The notes beneath the pieces were generated by a model. It saw only the letters and a list, made by a program, of their open reading frames with translations, had not been told where the DNA came from and did no database searches. Made by a program: the position numbers and the translations under genes. A stretch of 64,000 bases of DNA, taken from positions 2,133,728 to 2,197,727 of the forward strand of contig NW_003314272.1 of the NCBI RefSeq assembly GCF_000143415.4. Direction: 5' to 3'. Positions 34,957-46,500 of this stretch are shown here, piece after piece (the stretch's first letter is position 1; every line of letters begins with the position of its first letter). This stretch comes from Selaginella moellendorffii (taxonomy: Eukaryota; Plantae; Lycopodiophyta).

Positions 34957-37900
34957 CTCTGCCCCCCTTAGGGAAGATTAACGTCTTTGTCATGTTGGGA
35001 GAAGGAGGGGCACCTCCCCCAACACTCGCTCAAACACAAGAAATGCTCCAATGCTTTTCACAAATGCCCCCCCTTTGCCCTTGTGGGGCAAGGTTTTATA
35101 CAAGAAAGATGGAGAATATTCTAAGGATTGGACTATTCCCTCTCTCTCTCACTCTCTAAGTGGCGATCACGGTGGATCATGCTAACTCTAGATGCATGAG
35201 AACCCTCCGAAGAGTGTAAAGTGTACCTCTGTTGTTGATGCCAAGTGTTAGTAACTGTGTGAAATAGTAGGAATTCTAGAAAACAAAGTGGAAAAAGAAA
35301 GAAAAGAGGTAGGTGTGAAGTTTGAAGACAAGGAGGAAAACCTATGGGAAACCCTATAGTCAAACTAGACCTAAAGTTAAAGAAGAAGTGCAGAAAAAGT
35401 GTGAAAAGAGGAGAAAAATAGAGGAAAAAGAATGAGTATAAGGATTGGCTGAAATCGATAAAGAAAGAGAGGTAGAAGAAGGGATGCATTGCTCAAGGGT
35501 AGTAAGTGTAAAAATGATGAAAGATGGAGTAATATGGTAGAGTGCCAAGATGGTGGTGTCACTTTGAAAAGGTGGCCATCTCTAAAAGTGTCAGGCCTAT
35601 GGTTTGATGTGTCAAACTGAAGAAAATAGTAGCTGAAAAGGATGGCATAGTCGCTGGGTTGCCAGTAAAGAGAGGTGGCATATGTCCACTGAGTGCTAAA
35701 GCAAGAGAAAGTGGCTTTGGCTTCTGTGGCCTCAAATAAAGATCCACCTAGGTGCCTTGAGTGAAAAAATTCACCTGGTTGGAAGAAAGTTGCTCCAAAA
35801 AAGCTAGCACATCATCGGCAAATGGTCGTAATGACATCTCAAAAACAGCACATCCAAATGAGGTGGTGTCTTCTGCTGCTAATGCATGTACGTGTGTCCG
35901 TGATATGGTGTAAATATGACCTCAAATGGAGATGTGGATGATGGTGAAAGAATAAAAGATGCAAGACAGACATCTAGAGGTAACTGCGGGCAATACTGCT
36001 GTAGCGCACCTTATCTCTCTCCCTTTAAGCCAACTGGAAAAGGGGCAATTGCTTGATGAGAGAGCCTTTAGTGGCTATTTTATCCCCATTTATCCCCCAA
36101 GGTTCCAAGGATCCACGGTGACAGTATACCAAATCTCATCCCATGATCACATGTGCTACACTCACCCCCCCTTCAGAGATGTCAATATCCTCATTGATTA
36201 TTGACTAACAACCCCTACTGAGCTAAGGGGAACCAGCACCTCCATTTCTACACTAAATCTACCAATCCTTCCATTATGTAGACTAGCTATTCTATGTTAA
36301 ACAACTAGTCATCCACCCATACCGCAGTCCCATGGTGGATAATGCTCTATTTCGTTAAAGTGGGATTTATTCAGTAAAATGGGACTAGGTACAAATTTTC
36401 AAGTATTTGAAAATGACGTGAAATTATATGTTTTTTGTCCAGGGGCTAGATATATCTGGGGCATGGTGACTAGCGCGGTGACTTTGTGTCCAGACTGAGT
36501 CCATCTGGTTGTATAATAAATCTCATTGTTAAGGTGAACAAGCCGAATCTGAAGCTAAAGAAGAGCGATGGCATGCGCGCACACACTATTTGTTTGTTCA
36601 TTGAGTGTGTGGTGAGCTTTCCAAGATGAACGTCATTTCTATTAGCCAGACATATAACTTAATGGTGAGAACATTTAGATATTATTCAATGTTATCTTTT
36701 TCTAACGAATCTAATTGTGAAGGTGTAGCAAGAGGCATTGCTAGTCTGGAGAAGTCATTTAACTCATTTGACCCTTAGTTTATTTTCATGAAACTAAATA
36801 ACATTCATATTATTAAGGAATTTCTCTAGTACCTTTTTTTTACGACATAGAGGCTTGCATTTCTTTCAAAGGTGATTTAGTAAAAGGCCTGAGGGCACAT
36901 ACCATTCTATTTCTCAGACCGGTATTAAGATATACTAGTGCAAAGGGAAAAAGGTATTTGGTGATCAAGTAAATGGCATGAGGGCACACGCCATTATAAG
37001 CCTAAGCGCTAGTGGACACCTCCTTTTTGGTACTCTCAGCGGTACTATCATCCTTCTCCGGGTCAGTTGTTTTTCTTTGGATTGTTGTCTCTGACGTTAC
37101 TGGGGCATTCTTGATAGTTGTTAATGTTGCCGTTTGTTCAGAAAAATGATCACCTGGAGTATAATACGGGGAGTTTGGAAGACTTATATATTCTACATCT
37201 TCACCTATCTCCTTCTCCGTCTCCTTTTCTGCCTCACTTACAAATTTTGTGCTTGCCATGAGAACGCTCTTCACCCTAAAATATGGAGTTCGTTGTGTTA
37301 TAAAAGGAAACCAACACACACGCTGCAAGGGAATGATGGTACATAAAGCACGTAAGCCCACAATATGGGTTTATGTGCCATTAATATGGGCCACATGCCA
37401 TATTATTAGATTTATGCACGTGTAATTGGTAAATGCATATATCACATCATCTTTGTTTTACCTCACACACTATATCAGGCCTAATGAACCATATCACATG
37501 TGCGCACATGCTCTATATATGGAGAAGTATTATGCAAGGATAGAAAAATTCAATGCATGATTGTGGAGAGCAATGGCATGAAGCCACATGCTAAATAACA
37601 TTTTAGAGAAAGAATTAAAATAAAAACATGCAAACAGTACTGAGTGGACCAAGACTTAGAAGTGCATAATTGAATGAGGTATTTCTAATAAATATTTCAC
37701 TCACCTCATATAGGAATGGCTACCACTCTCAAATGGCGTATCCCCTCATGCCATCACCTCGCAATTTGTTATAACAATCCGATGAATTCATATTCGGCTT
37801 GTTCACCTTGAACTTTAAGTAAGATTTGCTAGAACAACTAAGAATTTATACTTGTTATTTGTATCATCTCACCTAGGAATGGCGTAAGGCCACATGCCAT

Positions 37901-38093
37901 CACGCCTCCTCTGATTCAGATTCGGATTGTTCACCTTGAAATAAAATACATTAGAAACTTAGTAAAGGAATATTAATGAATCTCACCTTGAACCCTGTTA
38001 GGCACCAGGTCAGGATAATAGGATAAAGAAAGGGCCCTGCAATCAAGTGATCACCCCTTTAGCCAGTTGGCTTAGGGTGTAAGGGATAAGATC

Positions 38094-40907
38094 CTAACAA
38101 ACCCGGGTTATGAATGCTCTTGCTGCATCTCTTGCATGGTCTGGCAAGGTGATGGTGGCACTCTGCTTCGGCATCCAACCATGCACAACATTATCCACCG
38201 ATATGCTCATGCTGGGATCCCTTGGATTCAGCACCCATCTCTTTTCTAGGCAATCCTTCGTATATCCGGAACTTGGCTTGAACCACTCCACAGTTACATA
38301 GAAGGAGTTAGTTTCCGCGTCCTCCTCTGCATCAGTGATGCAGCGCCCCACCCATATCATTTGTTTTTTATTACTGGGTCTGATAAGCACGACCATTCCT
38401 TTGCAGACCTGTACTGGATTGAATGTTGAATCCAGCTTCTTGTTCCTCAGCCCACAATAGTGATCCTCAACATCGTTATCTGTCACTGCATTTCCAGAGG
38501 ACATTGTTCCACTACTATCTGGTGCTCTAGGTTCTGGCCAAAAGGACTCTTCCAATTCTTCATATACAACCGGCCCATTTTGGATAGTAGATATAATCTT
38601 CTCCCAGTATTCGAGCAAAGGCTTGCACCTCTTAAAATAGGATTCTCCACCAAACACCAACCCCCTCTTCCAGAAGGCAATATGCTATCTAATCCCGGCC
38701 ACTATACTTTCCTAGTCTTTGAGTCCATCCGGGTGCATCGGCCGTGGGGAACCCTGAGGAATCATAGGTTCCCCAGTTATGGGATCTCTCTTGAAGAGTT
38801 CAATGCCATCCACTGGTAGCCACACTGTGTCCCATTCTCTCATCTTGTACCTCATCACTGGAGCACCGTCACGCATGCTGAAATGAAACTGAAGAGGCTT
38901 GGAGTGGCCAATCAGCGTTTCGGATCCGTCCCTGATGTAGCCTCTTACAAACCCCTTAAAGTCTGAAACCTCTGTCACAAGTGCAGCTTCAACAGTGCCT
39001 TTGATGCAATTTTGGAATTCATCGTAGAGTTGTGGGAGGGTGAGGACATTGGATTACCGGAGGGACTCTGCCAGGTGACTGAACATGGCATCGACGTCTT
39101 CATGAGTGTGCCCAACCATGAGAAAGCCAAGTGTAACCGTTTCAAATATGCCTTTGGCAACAAGCATCGCCAAGTACGCGAAGACATACATGTTTTTGTT
39201 CTCACTGCCAGCATTGTCTGTTTGGAGTAGAAGATGGGGTGGAAGGCCACATCGGCCGCAAGAACTTCCTTGAGATTCTGCTTCGTTTGGATGAGGCTGT
39301 GCATTCACCGGGCAACCAGCCTCGTCGGAATGGCATGAGGCCTCATGTGATAACCCTACAATCTGACGGCCAACATATTCACTGGGATGGCATGGGGCCC
39401 CATGCGATACTGCAAGCCTTTCCTCCTCCTCCAGCTGAACCCTGTATGGGGTTCGATCGACAAGGGCCTTATGTAAGGGTTGGCCGTTCGGCTCAGTCTG
39501 CGCACTTTGCAGAGACCTTAAGTGTTTTGCTAGGGACGCAATCATCATGTTTGCACCCCCACCACCCCATAGAGGTACAAAGAAGTTCCCATAGTTCTGG
39601 GCACCATGCCCATGAGCGATTATGCCAAACAGAGACACAGGCAGCTGCATGGATGAAGAGATTGCCTTGGGGGCAGGATTGAGTTGAGGTAAGCACATCT
39701 TTTTCTGGTCCATTTTGTCGTGGATGATGCAGAGGTAAGAGTCAGGTCTCTCCATGGAGAGAATCTTGTTATGATAATATGCAGTCCTGTAGCTTCTCTG
39801 CTCAATGTTGTGGTCGAGCCGCCTTCTAACCAACGTCTCTCACTCTTGAGCGATGCAAGAATTCTTCGACAAAGCCATTTTGATAGCAGTGCACTCGTCA
39901 CACTTTGAAAAGTTGGAGTACTTTCCTATACTCACATCCCTGAACCTATTGCTCCACAATCTACTAAATCTAGATTGGCTCAGCTTTCTGTAGCCATTAC
40001 TCTGGAGTTCCCGATTCACATCTTCCAATATGGCCCCCTTGGTATACATGGAAGGGAGAACTTGTTGGGTGTCTCGAGTTCCATCTTCTAAGAGGCGGGT
40101 TTTATGTGGTTGCTGCTCGCTACATATCTCGACAAACCTCTTGAAGATTGCCTCTCCATATACAACATAACCCCTGGTTTTGTGAGTACCGTCGTTCCCA
40201 TGGACTGCCTATTGAACCCTTTGTTCCTCGAACTCAGTTTTGATTCTGTAGAATGTGCTTCGAGGGACTCCATAAATGATTCTCCATGCCTTCATGCAGA
40301 CCAAACCCCTCTGGAAAACCATGCGCCCCACCTGATATTCTGAAGCATCAACAGATGACTGTAATGCCTCATACACAAAATTGCGAGCTGCCTTCCAGGA
40401 TAATGTCTTGTATCTTGCTCTCTCCTCTTCAATAGCATCCCAATCAGCATGTTGACAGTACCTCCTCTTGCAACAAGCAACTGTCGAGACCATTCGAACC
40501 TCCATCGCCATTTTCTACCTTTTCGGTTCGTTGCTCAGATCCCTTTGGCTGCGCTTTAGGAAGGTGTACTTTCTTTTCCCATGAAGAGATGTTCTGTCAT
40601 CAGTTGTAGTGGTGTTTGATTGTGAATCCTTCACATTCTCAAACACTAAGTGCCTCAATTTCCACCGCACAATGCTTCCAATAGTCAGACTGTTTTCTTC
40701 TGTGTCAACAACCTCTAAAATCACAACTCCAATATCATCCCAGCCCAATTCTTGATTAGCAACCGCATCTCTTGGATCGACAACTGTGGCTAAGCCCTCA
40801 GCTACCACCTCCCCCTCGGGGTTGTTTAGAAACACCTTTGCCTGAATCCATGTAGCACGGTTCTTAAGATCCACGGAGGGAACATGCATCGCACTTGTGG
40901 AGGCCAT
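38094..40907 (-). pseudogene. Sola-type DDD transposase with N-terminal Tnp1/En/Spm-like domain and C-terminal BAH/Tudor-like barrel
   Basis: CCKRRYC, VCMKAWRIIYGV, SKCDEC; catalytic-type motifs IIHDKMDQ, LQTDNAGSENKN and FLMVGHTHEDVDAMFS. Split by premature stops and frameshifts. Confidence 0.75.
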
Positions 40908-41059
40908 TCTGAAAGTGCAGAAAAGAAGTTAAGACCATACAAAAAATGATTGGAGAATGGCCTAAATCATAACATACCAAACAACCTCAATAGCATGAGG
41001 CCACATGCCATTATTCAAACATGCTATTGACACCCACGTGAAATTTCGCATTCACAAAA

Positions 41060-41287
41060 TTGGCATGAGCCCTCATGCCATTAGTGGTACCACTAATGGC
41101 ATGAGGCCTCACGCTATCTTTGGCCCCTGCTAGCCTATTGCTATATTCCTGTTGCCTTGCTGCAACTGTATATATTTTTGTGTGCGTAACTAGTCACCCA
41201 TACAAAAATATATACAGTTGCAGCAAGGCAAAAGGAATATGGCAATAGGCTAGTAGGGGCCAAAGATGGCATGAGGCCTCATGCCAT
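41060..41287. repeat. Nested inverted repeats: ~56-bp palindrome centred on GGTACC and a ~90-bp-arm hairpin
   Basis: 41096-41185 pairs with about 41199-41287. The arms end in the 22-bp motif. Confidence 0.9.
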
Positions 41288-42437
41288 CTTGATATACACA
41301 CAGCTGCAGGCAAGTAAAAACATACATGACAATACGCTAGCCATGAAATTGCAAGGGCCCAAGATGGCATGTGGCCTCATGCCATTTCTAAATGTGGTCC
41401 TAAGCCATTCCATGGTGAACATACCAAGAAGCACAAGTGCCGAATATCAAGAGGAAGCAGTAGCCACACCAAAGACAGTGCCGCTCACAACACTGCAACT
41501 ACTCGTAGTGCCGCTCGCAACACCGCAACTACTTGTAGCGCCGCTCGCAACACCGCAACTGCTCGTAGCGCCGCTCGCACAAACTGCCACTCGCATAAAC
41601 TGTCGCTCGCAATGGCGCTCGCAATGCCGCAACCACTCGTAGACGCATAAACCACAGCTCACAACGCTGCTTACACAAGCAGCGCTCATTGCACTCAGCG
41701 GAACCAAGAACACGGCGCACAAAAATGATAGACCTAGGAATGAGTTTGAGAATTCAAAAATAACACACGCTTGAACATCACATCAAATCCTCTGACAAAC
41801 CAGATCTTATGATTCCTCTGACAAATTTCAAACTGAGTAGCTTCTAGACTTTGCTGTCGGAGGTTGAACTTTGTCACATCATGTCCTTGCCTCGATCCAG
41901 CTGTGCCATGTCAGTGATTCAAACTTTGCCATGCCGTGTCAGCGATCCGCGCCAAGATTATTCGCTGTGTAAAGGAATAATTATGCTGTGTGTGTACGTC
42001 CATTTATGGCAATATAAAGCCACACGCCATTCAAAGAATAATGCTAGTCGAGCATTTTTTGGTGCATTTTTGGGTTCAAAATTGCATGAGCCCACACGCT
42101 ATAAAGTTTACCTGTACCAAAAATAGAAACAGCTTTATTTACTTGGGAATTTAAGTGGTTGAGGCATTTTTAAACTTACAAACACATGCCCTACTTACAT
42201 TCCTTTGGTTGCTTAAAATTCAAAAATATTATAAACCTTTCTTTTTGCATTTTCAATGTTTTCAATTATGGTTTTTGATTTTCGCAGGACCAGCCTAGTA
42301 ATCTATTTGCATCCCGTCATGTTTATAGCTAGCTTTCATTTGTCCCCTTCGCTAGCCTGAGATACATCTGCTCGGCATCTGCCTCTTACAGCATTTGCCC
42401 AGAAAGGGCATCTTTCTTCACGTAGCATTTGCCACAT

Positions 42438-42463
42438 GTTTAGGGTTTAGGGTTTAGGGTTTA
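42438..42463. promoter_or_regulatory. Telo-box (TTTAGGG x3) in the divergent promoter region of the Sola-like element
   Basis: TTTAGGGTTTAGGGTTTAGGGTTTAG. Confidence 0.5.
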
Positions 42464-43519
42464 GCAATTCAATAGCTTGATAAACATGCAAATACAGAAC
42501 TTGATGCAAAATCCTTTAATATGTCACAATGCCCCTAGGACCATAAACACATTTCAATAGAGGGTCCTTTCATTTCATAACTCCTTACGTAGATCTTGGT
42601 GAAACCAGAGTTAGTGAAGTTAGTTTCTTGTGATCCCGCATCTGATTGTGATGTCCCTTTGCAGTGTCAATGGAAAGGTCAATGCACACCAAACTGTAAA
42701 ATCTTGGAGCAAAATAACGGTCGGATCTATGGCAAATGCCCCTGAAACATTGTAAGGCTCGTGTGGTCTCATGTGGTGTCTGATCGAGATGCTTCTTTGC
42801 AGGGTCATCAAAAAGGACATTGTATACCATTCTTTATTTAACTGAACATCTGGCATTTTTGGAAATACAAGATGCTTTGGAATATCCAATCATGCATGGT
42901 ATAAATATAGCGAGGGTATTAAATGATATCCCAATCATGATCTTTCTTTTGGATTTCACGTGCATGCAGTCCAAGGAATGATGACGTTGCGGATTTCTTT
43001 TGGATTTCACGTGCATGCATGCGCGTGGCGATCCAGAAATTAATGGTGGCACCCAAGTCCGAGGAATGATGATGTTGCGGGATTACCAACCGTCGTGACA
43101 TTTCGCGCGTGTGAGGTTAGGTTTTGCATTTTTCTTCGTACTCGTGCTCGCACACTCGCGCTCACATCGCGCTCCCACTCGCGATCACGCTCACATTCGC
43201 GCTCATCTACCTTCTCTACAGGTTTCTCGTGTGCATCGGCGTCCACTCGCGCTTGCATCACACTCGCGCTCGCATCACGCTCGCATCGCGCTCGTGTGCA
43301 TCGGCGTCCACTTCAAGACACACCCAGTTTGTAACTTCGCCGCCAACTCCGCCGCCCACTCCGCCACCCACACGCAGCCCACTTGGCGTCCCGGGAGATT
43401 TCAGCGCCACTCTCCAACTGTAAGTGGCAGAGTAGCCTTGCTGCTACGATCCGCTGCACACACAGTGCACATTCGCCAGCGAGTCCGGCCTTGATTGTCA
43501 CGCCTCCATTCGGCTTCAA

Positions 43520-46500
43520 ATGGTAAGTCTTTTAGGCCAAGTAGAAAATGGCATGAGGCCACATGCCATTTAGTAGTAACATTGGCATGCACCGATTGGG
43601 CTCTCGAGTGCAGTCCGGTTACAGATGGCATGTAGCCTCACGCCATCTTAGGATGCAGCCTCAAGACATCTAATGCAGTGGTGAATGGCGTGTGGCCTCA
43701 CGTTATTTCCAGCTGCTAGCTTTTCATCTGTCAACTCTAATTGTTGTGCATTTCTGAACAGGCGAGGAATTGCGTTCTTCTTCCAGCCACTGTCAATGTG
43801 GATGCAGAGAAGGGGGAGGAGCTCACCAGTTGGACTTTCGGGATGGAAGGCGAGGATCTGAGGCTGTACAACACAGATGGTGGGAGAAAAGAATGCATGG
43901 GGATCCTCATCCAAGTGACAGACACTCCATGCAGTTCCATGCAAGAATATGGACTGGCACTTGTGGTAGAGACAGCATCCGCCTTCAAGATCCACCTTGC
44001 ACATTCTAGCGGCTTCCCGGAGGGGGCAGCGGCTATGAGGAATTCCTAGAGGGAGCTAGGGAGAGGTTGTCCAGGAGGCCCACAATTTCAAAGACGCTGC
44101 GGGTCTATGAAGATCACATGGAATCCACGGACCTCACCTACGGTGATGTTCAAAAACTATATTCCAACATTGAGCCGTTGAAAGTGCCTCCAGTTCGCGA
44201 AGCAAAGGGGAAGGGGGTCGATCTGAAAACAACCCCGAAGCAGAAAAGGGTGGTCCAGCTTAAGCCGACGTCCGACTCTCCTGCTCCAAAAAAGAAGCTA
44301 CTCGGTGATGCCATTGCCTCGGGTTCGAACACTACACCCACCAAAACGAAGAGCCGCAAAGAGCAGAAAGAGCAAGAAGAGGCAGCAAAAATCGTCGCAG
44401 ATAATAGTACTTGTTACTATTCCAACAAAGTATATACAATCGACGTGAGCCGTATCGACATCCAAAGCAAATACAACCACAGGCTAGTATCTAATGAGTG
44501 GGTGGAGAAACTGAAGCAGAAAAATGCTGGCAAGTCCAATAACACCCGACATCGCAGACGTGATCCCCTACTACCGAACAATGAAGGGCGAGACGAGGTT
44601 TCCAGACTTGATCAATAGGAAGGTGTTGGACGATCAGAACATCCGGTTCTATGCTGTCTCCGGGCAGCATTCTAGCTTGGCGATGCAAGAGATAGTTGTG
44701 GATATTATGGTGGGCGAGGAGGTGAAGAAAGTCTTCAAGACAAGAGTTGTTCGCCTGATAAAAGGCAACTCGCCCCTCCCATCTATCATATACATCTCCC
44801 ACACGCAGAATGTCAAGCAAGAAACGTGCTACAAATCGGGTCTACACGAGACATTGGCACGAACACGGAAGCTCTGGGTTCAACTGAAGAAGCCACAAAA
44901 ACCAGGACAAGGACGTGCACTAGCAACTAGCGCCTGGCAGGTAAGCCTCGTTGCATGTGGCATAGCATGTGGCCTCACGCCATTTCCATTGTAGGAATTC
45001 TTGAGTCTTCTCTCGAAAACACTGGGGGTCAATAACACACTCAGCATCCATAACATTCTACTTGCGACAAAAGTTGTTTTTGACAAATGGGTAGATGTGC
45101 TGAGGAGGTACCATGACGGGGAGTTGCTAAACTCAATGGGTGTGGAGGACGGCCGGAAGCCCAATGATTTGAAGCTCAACGCCTTGCGTTTCTCGCGGTC
45201 TCTAGACGACGACGACCTTCTGACAGTGGCTAATGCTCTTCTACGTGGTGAGGTAGTCTTCAACAAGACTAAAATGACTCCTGGCCATATTGTGACATAC
45301 GAGGACTTGTGCACGACTCTGAGAGCTCGTGCGCTATTGAAGGATTGGATCTTCAAGCAAGTGGCCGTGGAGAGGGTGAGCATCGACACCACGCAAGAGA
45401 TGATGGAAGAGCTGGAGTTGTCAAATGAAGACATCGACAAGTACGTGAAGGGGGCCCCCAAGTTCATCGATCTGCTGCGGGATGCCACGAAAAGTAAAAA
45501 TGAGAAGTTGGATCAGTATCCAAATTTCATTAAGAGGGATGTCGACTGCCGGCTTCAGAAACAGCTCGACCCCGCAGCAGAGGCCTATCGAGAACCTTAC
45601 CGGGTATACGTGAATTCGGATGAGGATCAAAGGTGGAGGAGCATCGTTTCCCACGGAGATGAGCAGGTCAAGAACATCTTTTGTGTGATGGATTTCACAA
45701 ACAAGGAGATCACTCATGCAGACGAAGTCAGCTCCATCATTGACTTAATGGTGGGACTTGCGGAGGTGGAATCTTTAGTCCACTATATGATCTACGACTT
45801 TGAATCCTATCACAAGTTCTAGAAGGCCTTGAACAAGGTGAAGGCTCGATTGAAAGGCAAGGAGATGCGGGAGATCCATGGGATAATGGCTAAGAAGAAG
45901 ATACCGACGAATGTCCGCATCTTCACACTCGCCCTTGTTATTGGTCCTGCAGCAGAGTGGGACTGGAGTGACTTCCCAACTTCGTTCGACAAGGCCGATC
46001 GAATTGATCTGAGGGAGGTCAATTTACCCGTGCCTGAGGAACTGAAGATGGCTATGGAGCTTTCGAATCCAGAGAAAGCTCCAGGTGCAACATGGGAAAT
46101 GCTCAGCTGGGTCTTCAACGCAATAGCGGGTGGGTCACCTGCTTCCGACTCCAAGGGCAAATGCGTTGTCGAGTACAACTGCGGCGGACTATTCTTTCGA
46201 GCCGCACTACTCAAGGGTGTCCCGTGTGTTGCGGTGACAAACTCCATTGAAGAGGTGACTTCAATGGAGCATATAATTACAGTTGCCAAAGAAAAACAGT
46301 ATCTTCTCTGCGAACCTGGTGAGTATGCACTTTAAGTTTAAATGTTATCTCACAAGCTCTGTATGCAGGAGCGTGGCCACCCCCAGATGCTGAAACGGCA
46401 TTAACAGCTACTGTTGAAGATACCCATGTTGGGCCGAGCTCACAACCTGCACAAGGTAAGGTCACGTGAGGCCTCACGCCATTTTGATTATAGATCGTTG

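Noticed and set aside
37002-37361. Small acidic/Thr-rich ORF as a third Sola gene
   Set aside because: Possible from the ATG near 37259, but it is short and low-complexity, with no motif and no second copy to support it.
42438-42463. Telomere or interstitial telomeric array
   Set aside because: Only about 3 units inside a transposon promoter region; treated as a telo-box.
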